Of a stretch of DNA of 64,000 bases, positions 12,593-21,785 are shown piece by piece. How positions within the stretch are numbered: the first letter of the stretch is position 1; every line of letters starts with the position of its first letter. The position numbers and the translations under genes are program-made. Below the pieces are notes generated by a model that did not search any database, had not been told where the DNA came from, and saw only the letters and a program-made list of their open reading frames with translations. The DNA comes from Spirochaetia bacterium (GTDB lineage Bacteria; Spirochaetota; Spirochaetia; DSM-2461): positions 864,001-928,000 of the forward strand of contig OY764216.1 in assembly GCA_963668315.1 (NCBI GenBank). The letters are read 5' to 3'.

Positions 12593-14374
12593 GTGGGTAG
12601 AGGTTTTTTCAGAAGTTTTAACAAATGGAACCTCAATAAGAAAATCTCCGTACTGGTGACAAGTCTGATAGCCGGGATTTCGATAATCATACTGGCCATA
12701 TTCTCCACGTTTTATATCTCGTCCTATATCAATCAGTCAAACCAGATCACCGAGAGTCAGCTCTCCCGCATAGCCGCCAACTACAAGTACAACCTGGATA
12801 ACTACAAGGAACTGGCCGAGGCCCTCCTTCTGGACAAGTTCATTCAAAGCTATATTCAGCTGAAGAACTCCGAAATGGACCTCTCCAATGAGGATTATTA
12901 TGAGCTCGTGGAAAATACGAAGAGCACCCTGCGCAACACTCTTTACATGTATACCAATCTGGATTTTATCGCCGTAGTGAAAAACGATTGCAACGATATA
13001 CTTTTTAAAGCCCCCCTTTCGAGTATCCAGCAGACCTTCAATCAGGTTTATCCAGCTGATTACGCGGACAGCTTTCTCGCCTGTGAAAGGGGGACCCTGC
13101 GTATGAGCCTGAATGACTCCTATCAGAAAGACGCCTACAAGATAAACATCTATATGCCCATCTACTCGGTAACGAAAATCAATGTGGAGTACGGAATGCT
13201 CTGCATGCTCTTTGACCCCAGCGCATTCTTTGACAAATCCAAGGGACGCGCCATTGATGTCGACTCGGATATCCTGCTTATTGACAGCAGCTACAATGTT
13301 TTCTACAGCGAGAATTCCGACATGATCGGAACATTCTTTACCCCCTCGGAGAAAATTACCGGTGACAAAGGTTTTTTCAATACCAACAAGACGTTGTACA
13401 GCTATCAGAGGATTGAGGGCTGGAATTACTATGTGGTCAGCTGCATTCCCCTGTTGCGGATGTACAGGAACATCCTGATCATTATTTTTACCATAATATT
13501 CACCCTCCTTCTGCTTTCCCTCATAGGGATAACGATTTCCAAAAAGGTTCTGAATAAAACATATAAACCCATTGAAACCATGCTGCGGGGATTTAACGCC
13601 GTGGCCGAGGGCGATTTCAAAATGCGGATCAGCTCCGATAATATGGGGGTCGATTTCGTCAGCCTGGTCAACGGTTTCAACTATATGGTGGAGAAGATCG
13701 ACACCTTGATGAACCAGGTCATTCTGGAGCAGCAGCAGCTCAATCAGATTCAGTTCAACGAGCTCCAGTCCAAAATCCAGCCTCATTTTCTCTACAACAC
13801 CCTGGAGTGCATCCACTGGCAGGCCATCGCCGACGGCAATAATAAAGCATCCGTTCTGGTACAGGCCTTGTCGAACTATTACAGGAACTGTCTCAGCAAG
13901 GGGGAGGATATCATCTCCCTGGAGAACGAACTGGAGCAAATCGACAGTTACCTCACCATCCAGAACATGCGCTACGATGACATTATCCACCTCGTGACTG
14001 ACATCCCCTACCAGATCCAGCAGATCCTCATCCCCAAAATGACTCTCCAGCCCATAATCGAGAATGCCCTCTATCACGGGATACGGGTTAAGGAGGGCGA
14101 GACCGGCAGGGTGACCATGAAAGGGATTCACGCGGGCCGCTTCATTTATCTGGAGATAGCCGACGACGGCATCGGCATGGAAGAGGAAAAGATTAGGGAA
14201 CTGAATGGCCACATCAACGATTTCAGTGAAAATTTCGGATACGGCATAAGGAATGTGAACCGGCGCATAAAGATTCTTTTCGGAGAAATATACGGGCTTG
14301 AGTATTTCAGGAATGATGAGACCGGTATTACCGTCCGTATCAAATTGCCGAATACCATGGGGCAGGGATACTAG
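12593..14374 (+). CDS. YesM-like sensor histidine kinase (2 TM, HAMP, His_kinase, HATPase)
   Basis: H-box LQSKIQPHFLYNTLE, LQPIIENALYHG, DDGIGM and GYGIRNV. The start is uncertain (TTG 12497, ATG 12575, or GTG 12593 with SD AAGGTGAT). Confidence 0.88.
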   Translation: MGRGFFRSFNKWNLNKKISVLVTSLIAGISIIILAIFSTFYISSYINQSNQITESQLSRIAANYKYNLDNYKELAEALLLDKFIQSYIQLKNSEMDLSNEDYYELVENTKSTLRNTLYMYTNLDFIAVVKNDCNDILFKAPLSSIQQTFNQVYPADYADSFLACERGTLRMSLNDSYQKDAYKINIYMPIYSVTKINVEYGMLCMLFDPSAFFDKSKGRAIDVDSDILLIDSSYNVFYSENSDMIGTFFTPSEKITGDKGFFNTNKTLYSYQRIEGWNYYVVSCIPLLRMYRNILIIIFTIIFTLLLLSLIGITISKKVLNKTYKPIETMLRGFNAVAEGDFKMRISSDNMGVDFVSLVNGFNYMVEKIDTLMNQVILEQQQLNQIQFNELQSKIQPHFLYNTLECIHWQAIADGNNKASVLVQALSNYYRNCLSKGEDIISLENELEQIDSYLTIQNMRYDDIIHLVTDIPYQIQQILIPKMTLQPIIENALYHGIRVKEGETGRVTMKGIHAGRFIYLEIADDGIGMEEEKIRELNGHINDFSENFGYGIRNVNRRIKILFGEIYGLEYFRNDETGITVRIKLPNTMGQGY

Positions 14375-14375
14375 C

Positions 14376-15935
14376 ATGTATAATGTTTTAATTGTTGACG
14401 ATGAAAAAATGATCAGAGACGGCATCAAATCCGCCTTGCCCTGGAGCAATATTAACATTTCGAAGGTATTCACGGCCGTATCCGCCGAAAAGGCTCTGGA
14501 TGTTATCAGGAGCGAAGAGATCCACATTCTTCTAACCGATATCAATATGCCCAAGCTGTCCGGTCTGGAACTCATTGATGAGATCAAGAAATTCAATTCC
14601 GATATCGACATAATCGTTTTCACCGGCTACGACAATTTTGAATATGCCCAGAAAGCTCTCCGAATGAAAGTGGAGGACTTTTTCCTGAAGCCTGTGAACG
14701 AAAACACCCTGGCCCAATCGATTTTCAAATTGACGAAAATCCGTGAATGCCGCATGGACGAGCAGAAGCACCAGAAGCTCCTCAGGAGAAAGATCGGCGT
14801 GGAAGAGCAGCTCAAACTGGAAATAACCATGGGCAAGCTCATTCACGGCATCGCCTCGGAGAGGGAGTATCACTCCTTTATGGAGGAGTACAAATATCCT
14901 GCGGGAACCCCCATGCAGGTCGTGGTGCTCATTCCCGTTCTGTATACGGATATAAGTGATGACGACAAATCCTTCAGGCTCCTCTCCATCAAGAATATCT
15001 GCATGGGGATGTTCGACGCCAGGGGAACGGGCATCACCTTCATCGATAATAATGACCGGATTGTTCTTGTTGTTTTTCAGGACAAAGAGTCGGGGGAAAT
15101 TCTGGAGAGGGTGGAGAGCCTGAACAGCATCCTTGTGGACGAATATAAATTCCATCCGAAAATTGTGATGGGGAGCCTTATCTGCGGCTTTAAGAATCTG
15201 AATGTTTCCTATAATGACGCCATGTATCTCATAGAAAACGGGAACCACGGGGAGAGACGGATTCTGCAGGAGCGGAATTCCAAAAAGCGCCTTGATATGT
15301 TCAACCGGATTTTAAGCGAACAGAAAGAGATCATGGTGACAAATACGGCTAATCTGGAAATCCTGATGAAAGCCTTCGACACCTTTGAGGAAGCGTGCGA
15401 ATCCTTCAATCTGGCCAACGGGTTTGTCAGGAAATGCTGCTTTGAAATTGCCTCCTCCATCTATTTCGGTTATGCCGTCGATTCGGGCATCAAAACGGAT
15501 AAGCTTCTCGAATCCCTGCTGCTCTCCATCGCGGATTCGACGAGGGAGGAGGCCTTTACCTTCACAAGAACCTTTATCAGCGACCTGATCGACAGCAGGG
15601 AGGTCCGCAGCCATGAACTGATAGAGGCGGCAAAGCAGTATATAGGCAGTAATCTGGACAAGGACCTTTCCGTTTCCCTTATCGCCGAGGAGATGTTTCT
15701 TTCGGAAAACTATTTTTCCAGGCTTTTCAAGAAGGTCTGTGGGAAAGGGTGCAACAAATACATAACGGAAAAGAGAATAGAGAAAGCGAAGGCCCTTCTT
15801 GAAACGACCAATCTACAGAGCGGGATGATCGCCGCCCTCGTGGGGTACCGGGACTGCAACTACTTTTCCCTGGCATTTAAAAAATATACCGGTCAGTCTC
15901 CCACGTCCTTCAGACGTGTAAAGAGGCAGCTCTGA
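14376..15935 (+). CDS. YesN-like response regulator (REC plus AraC HTH)
   Basis: MYNVLIVDDE, LLTDINMP, FLKP, and C-terminal YFSRLFKK...VGYRDCNYFSLAFKKYTGQSP. The ATG is 1 nt after the kinase stop. Confidence 0.92.
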   Translation: MYNVLIVDDEKMIRDGIKSALPWSNINISKVFTAVSAEKALDVIRSEEIHILLTDINMPKLSGLELIDEIKKFNSDIDIIVFTGYDNFEYAQKALRMKVEDFFLKPVNENTLAQSIFKLTKIRECRMDEQKHQKLLRRKIGVEEQLKLEITMGKLIHGIASEREYHSFMEEYKYPAGTPMQVVVLIPVLYTDISDDDKSFRLLSIKNICMGMFDARGTGITFIDNNDRIVLVVFQDKESGEILERVESLNSILVDEYKFHPKIVMGSLICGFKNLNVSYNDAMYLIENGNHGERRILQERNSKKRLDMFNRILSEQKEIMVTNTANLEILMKAFDTFEEACESFNLANGFVRKCCFEIASSIYFGYAVDSGIKTDKLLESLLLSIADSTREEAFTFTRTFISDLIDSREVRSHELIEAAKQYIGSNLDKDLSVSLIAEEMFLSENYFSRLFKKVCGKGCNKYITEKRIEKAKALLETTNLQSGMIAALVGYRDCNYFSLAFKKYTGQSPTSFRRVKRQL

Positions 15936-16038
15936 GCTTGGACCAGAACCCTTTTTAGGGGGAATGGCGACGGATAAAAATTAAATCAAATAGAGAATGA
16001 TGGCATGAGTCATATCATCTTCATTCAAGGAGGTTCAC

Positions 16039-18021
16039 ATAAAATATTACGTTAATGCAAACGCCGCGAAAGACGGCAGCGGTTCCAGCGAAAGCCCGTT
16101 CAAAAGAATCAACGAGGCCGCGAAACTGGCTCTTCCCGGCGATGAAGTCCTGGTCGCCCCGGGGATCTACCGGGAATATGTCGATCCGGTCCACGGCGGT
16201 ACGGAGGAGGCCCCTGTCACCTATACGAGCACGACGCCTCTCGGGGCCGTGATTACCGGTGCGGAGCAGGTGAAATCATGGCAGCCTTACAGGGATAACG
16301 TCTGGGTCTGCCGGATTGCCAACAGCGTGTTCGGAGATTACAATCCCTACGCCACATTGGTCTACGGGGACTGGTATTTCGCCGCCCCCAACAAACACAC
16401 CGGCTGTGTCTATCTGAACGACAGGGCCCTGTACGAAACGGTAACTCTGGAGGAATGCCTCAAAGGCGAGATTTATGAATGCAGCTGGGTGCCGGAGGAA
16501 TCGGTGTACAAGTGGTATACCGAGCAGGATGAAAATGCGGATGAAACGATTATCTACGCCAATTTCCAGGGGCAGAACCCGAATAAGGAGAACGTGGAGA
16601 TCAATGTCCGCCGGCGATGTTTCATGCCTTCCGTAACGGGCATCGGCTACCATATCGTCAGGGGATTCAACATCAACAAGGCGGCCACCAACTGGGCTCC
16701 CCCTGCGGCCTTTCAGGACGGCATGATCGGGCCCCACTGGAGCAAGGGGTGGATCATTGAGGATTGCGAGATTTCCAACAGCCGCTGCGCCGGCATCTCC
16801 CTGGGAAAATACCTTGACCCGGAGAACGAGCATTATTTCACCTATAAGCAGGTGAAGAGCCCGACCCAGATGGAAAGGGACGCGGTCTGCCGGGGGCAGT
16901 ATCACGGCTGGATGAAAGAGACCGTCGGAAGCCATACGGTCCGCCGCTGCAACATCCACCACTGCGAGCAGGGGGGAATCATCGGACGCATGGGCGCCGT
17001 CTTCAGTGTTATCGAGGACAACCATATACACCATATCAACAATATGATGGAACTGGGAGGTGCGGAAATCGCCGGCATCAAGATCCATGCCGCCATCGAC
17101 GTGCTCTTCCGGCGCAACCATATCCATCACTGCACCATGGGCATCTGGTGCGACTGGGAAGCGCAGGGGACGCGCATTACCCGGAATCTTCTCCATGACA
17201 ACCAGAGACCGCCTTTCGCCAAAAACCTTCCGGGAAGCATGATGTCCATGGACCTGTTCGTGGAAGTCAGCCACGGCCCGACCCTGATCGACAACAATGT
17301 CCTTCTCTCCGACGTGAGTCTCCGTTTCGCGACTCAGGGGGTAGCGATGGTCCATAACCTTATCTGCGGGGCGTATACCGCCGTGGGAGAGGGAACCACC
17401 TGGCGGTACACGCCCTACCATATCCCCCACCGTACGGAAGTCATGGGCTTTATGACCTTTCTTCACGGGGATGACCGCTTCTACAACAATATCTTTGTTC
17501 AGAAAGGACCTTCCGAGGATTATGTGACCTACCATGATCAGGATATGAAGGAAATGCGGGAGAACAGGCTCGTGGGGACCTGCGTTTTCGACGAATACCC
17601 CACCTATGAAGAGTGGGTAAGCCAGTTTGATTTTACAAAGCGTCCGAACATGCAGGCCCTGGAGCCGGCCCATTTCGGCCATCTGCCCGTATGGAGCGAA
17701 GGCAATGCCTACCTGAACGGGGCCAGGGCGTGGAAGAAGGAAACGGATGGTCTTGAAAGTAATGACGGCAAAGTCAAAGTGGAGCTGGTGGAAAAGGACG
17801 GTCAGTATTATCTGGATACCAATGTCTACGATTACCTCAAGGACTTCAAGGACAGGATGATCCATTCCGAAATACTCGGCAAAGCCTTCGAGCCCGAAGC
17901 CCGTTATGAAAACGCCGACGGTACGGCGATACGCTTTGACGAGGACTACTTCGACAGCCATCGCGGTGTGGATGTCATACCCGGGCCCTTTGCATCTCCC
18001 TCCGGCAGGATCAAGCTGTAG
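16039..18021 (+). CDS. Right-handed beta-helix glycoside hydrolase, GH120 beta-xylosidase-like, apparent ATA start
   Basis: The frame extends 70 codons upstream of the GTG call: KYYVNANAAKDGSGSSESPFKRINEAAKLALPGDEVLVAPGIYRE. Family-like motifs WAPPAAFQDGMIGPHWSKGWIIE, AEIAGIKIHAAID and FVEVSHGP. SD AAGGAGG lies 5 nt before ATA. Confidence 0.8.
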   Translation: MKYYVNANAAKDGSGSSESPFKRINEAAKLALPGDEVLVAPGIYREYVDPVHGGTEEAPVTYTSTTPLGAVITGAEQVKSWQPYRDNVWVCRIANSVFGDYNPYATLVYGDWYFAAPNKHTGCVYLNDRALYETVTLEECLKGEIYECSWVPEESVYKWYTEQDENADETIIYANFQGQNPNKENVEINVRRRCFMPSVTGIGYHIVRGFNINKAATNWAPPAAFQDGMIGPHWSKGWIIEDCEISNSRCAGISLGKYLDPENEHYFTYKQVKSPTQMERDAVCRGQYHGWMKETVGSHTVRRCNIHHCEQGGIIGRMGAVFSVIEDNHIHHINNMMELGGAEIAGIKIHAAIDVLFRRNHIHHCTMGIWCDWEAQGTRITRNLLHDNQRPPFAKNLPGSMMSMDLFVEVSHGPTLIDNNVLLSDVSLRFATQGVAMVHNLICGAYTAVGEGTTWRYTPYHIPHRTEVMGFMTFLHGDDRFYNNIFVQKGPSEDYVTYHDQDMKEMRENRLVGTCVFDEYPTYEEWVSQFDFTKRPNMQALEPAHFGHLPVWSEGNAYLNGARAWKKETDGLESNDGKVKVELVEKDGQYYLDTNVYDYLKDFKDRMIHSEILGKAFEPEARYENADGTAIRFDEDYFDSHRGVDVIPGPFASPSGRIKL

Positions 18022-18030
18022 CTTTCTAGG

Positions 18031-18069
18031 AAAAAGGCGGGTTCATCCGAATAACCGGAAGAACCCGCC
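18031..18069 (-). terminator. Intrinsic terminator between convergent genes
   Basis: GGCGGGTTC...GAACCCGCC stem preceded by A5 on +, which is a U tail on the minus strand. Confidence 0.7.
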
Positions 18070-18115
18070 CGTGTGATGCTGTCGTACCGAATCATAGGCA
18101 CGGCAGAGGCTAATC

Positions 18116-18946
18116 TCAGTAACCCAGTTTCTTTAATGTCTCCCGGCTGATGGAAATCGCCTCCATGGGAGGGCGTTCGGTCGATCGGTCCTGCTCGACA
18201 ACAATCCATTCGCTTCCTATTTCATCGACCGCTTTGAGAATCTCTTCCAGAGCCAGCTGCCCCAGTCCCAGGGGGCGGAAGTCAAAGGAGGATCGGTCGG
18301 CGACGGCATCGCTGTCGTCCTTGCCTTTCTCATTGATCAGGGCGTACATGTTGTCCGCCTGGCCCGTTTTTATATAATCCTTCAGATGAACCACGGGAGA
18401 ACGGTCGGCGTATTTTCTCAGGTAGGCGGCGGGATCTTCCCCGGCGACGCTTACCCAGCAGGTATCCAGTTCCGTGGCCAGATATTCCGGAGGAATCTCG
18501 GCGTATAGCCTGTCCAGGGCGTATTTGCCGTCAATTTTCACGAACTCGAAATCATGGTTATGATAAAGCAGCTGTAATCCGGCTGCCCGGGCGGCCTTTC
18601 CGATTATTTTAATCTGGGAAACCACATCATTCCATTTATCCCGTCCCGGTCTTCTTTCTTCATCCAGCCAGGGGATGGCGAAGTAACCGCTTCCCAGGGT
18701 TTTATGGAAGGAGATCATCTCGTCGAGTTTCTCATTGAGCGTATCCAGGGGGACATGGCTGGACAGGGCCTCGAGGCCCAGGTCATCCAGGGCCTTTTTG
18801 ATCTTTTCGGCCGGCTGATCGTAAAATCCGGCGAACTCCACACCGGAGTAACCCATCTCCCTGACCTTTTTCAGCGTTCCGTAAAAATCTTTCTCCAGGT
18901 CATCCCTCACCGAATAGAGCTGTACCGCTACCTTTGCTTTTTTCAT
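18116..18946 (-). CDS. Sugar phosphate isomerase/epimerase-like TIM barrel (IolE/xylose-isomerase-like)
   Basis: VQLYSVRD, GYSGVEFAG, LYHNHDFEF, ELDTCW, VHLKD and VVEQD. SD AGGAG before ATG 18946. Confidence 0.88.
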   Translation of the reverse strand: MKKAKVAVQLYSVRDDLEKDFYGTLKKVREMGYSGVEFAGFYDQPAEKIKKALDDLGLEALSSHVPLDTLNEKLDEMISFHKTLGSGYFAIPWLDEERRPGRDKWNDVVSQIKIIGKAARAAGLQLLYHNHDFEFVKIDGKYALDRLYAEIPPEYLATELDTCWVSVAGEDPAAYLRKYADRSPVVHLKDYIKTGQADNMYALINEKGKDDSDAVADRSSFDFRPLGLGQLALEEILKAVDEIGSEWIVVEQDRSTERPPMEAISISRETLKKLGY

Positions 18947-18948
18947 TA

Positions 18949-20067
18949 TTACTCTCCTGTTTCCGTTGAATTTTTCGGCAGAACCCGGGGCAGGGGCTCC
19001 GGTCTCTGACATTCGCTCTCCACGCTGACATGGATTCCCTTTTCGGCGGAATCATAAAAGCTCAGCATGGTATCCAGGGCGTGGTAGGCCAGTTCCGCAC
19101 TGACCCGGGCCTTTCTTCCGGCCCGTATGGACGCGGCCATATCGGAAAGACCGATTCCCCGGCTGTTTTCGGTAAAACCGTGGGTCAGGGGGATCTCCTG
19201 GAAGGGGCCGTCGAAGCGGCGGAGCCTGACCGGGCCTCCGAAGGTATTGGGGTCGGGTACGAGCAGGGTGCCCTCCGTCCCGAAAACCTGAAGGTAGGGA
19301 AGGCCCGAATGGGGATATCCCCCGTGGGATTCGAAGCTTGTCAGAAGGTTGGCGCAGACGCCGTTTTTAAATTCGATAAGACCGCTGATATGGGTCGGGG
19401 TTTCCACTTTGATCTTCTCTCCGTATCTGACAGGCCCCAGGATGGTTTTCTCTTCGTTGGGGTTCTGGGCGAAGGCGCTGACCTTTCCCGCCGGGCCGAA
19501 CAGATTGATCATGGCCGTAACGAAGTAGGGGCCCATATCCAGCAGGGGGCCTCCGCCGTATTTATAGAAGAAATCCGGATTGGGATGGAACTCGGCTGGA
19601 CCTCCGCCGATCATGAAGGCCGTCGCCCCGAAGGGTTTTCCGATCCAGCCGTCATCGATCAACTTGCGGCATGTCTGAATTCCCCCTCCCAGGAAGGTAT
19701 CGGGGGCACAGCCCAGATAGAGCCCTTTCTCCCGGGCCGTGTCGAAAAGCTGCTTCCCCTCTTCCCGGCTGATACCCAGGGGCTTTTCGCTGTAGACATG
19801 CTTCCCCTTATTCAGCGCCTTAAGGGAAATCTCCCTGTGAGTCATCGGGGGCGTCAGGTTCAGGACGATTTCGATATCCTTTCTGTCCAGAAGCTCATCC
19901 GTTGTCAGAGCTTCTATGCCGTAGACCTCCGATTTGGCTTTGGATCTTTCGGGGATCAGATCCGAACAGGCGACAACATCCAGATTGGCAAATAGTCCGG
20001 TGGTGTTTTTCAGGTAGATCTCGCTGATATCACCGCAGCCTATGATGCCTATTTTGGTTTTTTTCAT
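18949..20067 (-). CDS. Gfo/Idh/MocA family NAD-dependent oxidoreductase
   Basis: IGIIGCGDIS, KHVYSEKP, GCAPDTFLG and GGGPLLDMGPY. Confidence 0.92.
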   Translation of the reverse strand: MKKTKIGIIGCGDISEIYLKNTTGLFANLDVVACSDLIPERSKAKSEVYGIEALTTDELLDRKDIEIVLNLTPPMTHREISLKALNKGKHVYSEKPLGISREEGKQLFDTAREKGLYLGCAPDTFLGGGIQTCRKLIDDGWIGKPFGATAFMIGGGPAEFHPNPDFFYKYGGGPLLDMGPYFVTAMINLFGPAGKVSAFAQNPNEEKTILGPVRYGEKIKVETPTHISGLIEFKNGVCANLLTSFESHGGYPHSGLPYLQVFGTEGTLLVPDPNTFGGPVRLRRFDGPFQEIPLTHGFTENSRGIGLSDMAASIRAGRKARVSAELAYHALDTMLSFYDSAEKGIHVSVESECQRPEPLPRVLPKNSTETGE

Positions 20068-20180
20068 AATTTCCTCCGCAGATGTTATAGGATATCATGG
20101 GGCCATAACCGGAATTCCCGCTATAATCAAATTGCTGAAAAATATCGCTATATTGCTCTTTGTCTGTTAAAATGGAAGGG

Positions 20181-21080
20181 ATGCACAAGAATGATTACAT
20201 TCGGGATTCCCATGGGGTCGTCAGGGAAGTCGTTCACTATGAAGGGGCGGTTTACCATCTTATCCAGAATAGTTTTCTCAATGAATGGGGACCGGAGCAG
20301 CCCTGGAAATTTTACCCCCACTATCATGAGGCCATGGAGATCATGGCCTACCGGGGGGATTATGCCGAGCTGCTCTGTGACGGAAAAACCTATGAAGTCA
20401 GAAACAAAGAGATTATGGTCGTGCCGCCGGGGAGCATTCATGATGTGACGTTCTGGACAAGGGATCTCTTTGAATGGGTGACCATTCAGATCGATTTCAA
20501 GCATATCTCCGACCTTATCGGTAATAAGCCTCTCTTTGTACCTCAGAGGATTAATGGAGAACATGTTCAGGAGATATACGGATTGATAAAGGAGTTGTAT
20601 TTTTATAATTCCAGGGAGGAGGCATACCATTCTCCGGCGGAAAAGTTTCAGGATCTGCATATACTTTCCCGATTGCTTTCTCTTCTGCTCAAGCAGGGCA
20701 GTGAGGAGTATCTGAGGCCCGGCGCCGCCATAGTCAGCGTTCAGAAAATCATAGACTATTGCTATGACAATTTTCATAAGGGGATCAATCTGGACGAGCT
20801 CTCTTCTGTCTGCCACTTGTCAAAATACCATATGTGCCGCATTTTCAAAAAAACGACGGGCCTAACCATAACGAATTATATGAATATTATAAAAGTGGAG
20901 GAGGCGGGGAAAATGCTTAGAGATCAGGGGAAGAACATCACGGAGACCTGTTTTGACTGCGGATTTTCAAGCGTCTCCTATTTTATTGAAATATTTAAAA
21001 GAAATACGGGGTATACACCTAAGCAGTGGCTAAGCAACGTGTCGGGAATGACGAAGGTAAATCATGAAGAAGAGCGATAA
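20181..21080 (+). CDS. AraC family regulator with cupin sensor domain, divergent from the oxidoreductase pair
   Basis: PHYHEAME cupin motif and C-terminal CGFSSVSYFIEIFKRNTGYTP. The start is 20172 or 20181; an extended -10 TGtTAAAAT lies 7 nt before 20181. Confidence 0.88.
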   Translation: MHKNDYIRDSHGVVREVVHYEGAVYHLIQNSFLNEWGPEQPWKFYPHYHEAMEIMAYRGDYAELLCDGKTYEVRNKEIMVVPPGSIHDVTFWTRDLFEWVTIQIDFKHISDLIGNKPLFVPQRINGEHVQEIYGLIKELYFYNSREEAYHSPAEKFQDLHILSRLLSLLLKQGSEEYLRPGAAIVSVQKIIDYCYDNFHKGINLDELSSVCHLSKYHMCRIFKKTTGLTITNYMNIIKVEEAGKMLRDQGKNITETCFDCGFSSVSYFIEIFKRNTGYTPKQWLSNVSGMTKVNHEEER

Positions 21081-21411
21081 ATATCTCAAGATCGTGGAGT
21101 GGTCCGAGGAGCATCAGTGCTATGTGGGCTCCTGCCCCGGATTACTGACGGGGGGAGGAGTCTACGGCGATGATGAGACCGCGGTATACAGAGACCTCTG
21201 CCGTTATGCCGAGGAGTGGATAGAAATTATGGAGAGGGACGGAATTCCCCTTCCCGAGGAAACGGCCCAGAAAACCTATTCGGGGAAATTTGTCCTAAGG
21301 ACGGGAAAGACACTTCACAAGGAGCTGGCTCTGAAAGCCCTGGTAAAAGGAGTCAGCCTTAATGCTTTCTGTCTGGATATCCTGAAAAAAGGGTTAGTGG
21401 ACGAAATGTGA
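21064..21411 (+). CDS. hicB: HicB-family antitoxin-like protein
   Basis: VEWSEEHQCYVGSCPGL, GIPLPE and an RHH-like tail YSGKFVLR...LHKELALKA...SLN. Confidence 0.78.
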   Translation: MKKSDKYLKIVEWSEEHQCYVGSCPGLLTGGGVYGDDETAVYRDLCRYAEEWIEIMERDGIPLPEETAQKTYSGKFVLRTGKTLHKELALKALVKGVSLNAFCLDILKKGLVDEM

Positions 21412-21785
21412 AGAAACTTCACAAAAAACACAAAATACAGGAAAAAAGAGTAGATTTCCCGGCAGGTATATAGTATAAACGGGAGTAGAATATTTAGCCC
21501 AGCTAAGGATTTAAAAAAATACGGCAGAAAAAAAAGCGGTTCTTTGCCGCTGCTTCTCCGGGGGGGGCGGTTCCCGATCTGGGCCGGGCGGCTTTTCTTT
21601 CTGAAAATGATCGGGCCGGAATGGCAACACAGATCCGCGACTATCTATCCCGCCCCTAGTTCGTTTCCTCCTGCTTTGCTCTCCCCGTTGATAGAGGAGC
21701 GAGAATCCCCCCAAACTAAATAAATTCATCTTTATTCTATGCCCCTCCGATAATTAAAGAGAAGTACTCTCTCAGGAGCGGACCT

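Noticed and set aside
21412..21785. c-di-GMP riboswitch or ops element upstream of the Ig module
   Set aside because: I could not find the c-di-GMP-I signature or a proper GGCGGTAG ops sequence. The GGDEF genes in the window are far away and unlinked.
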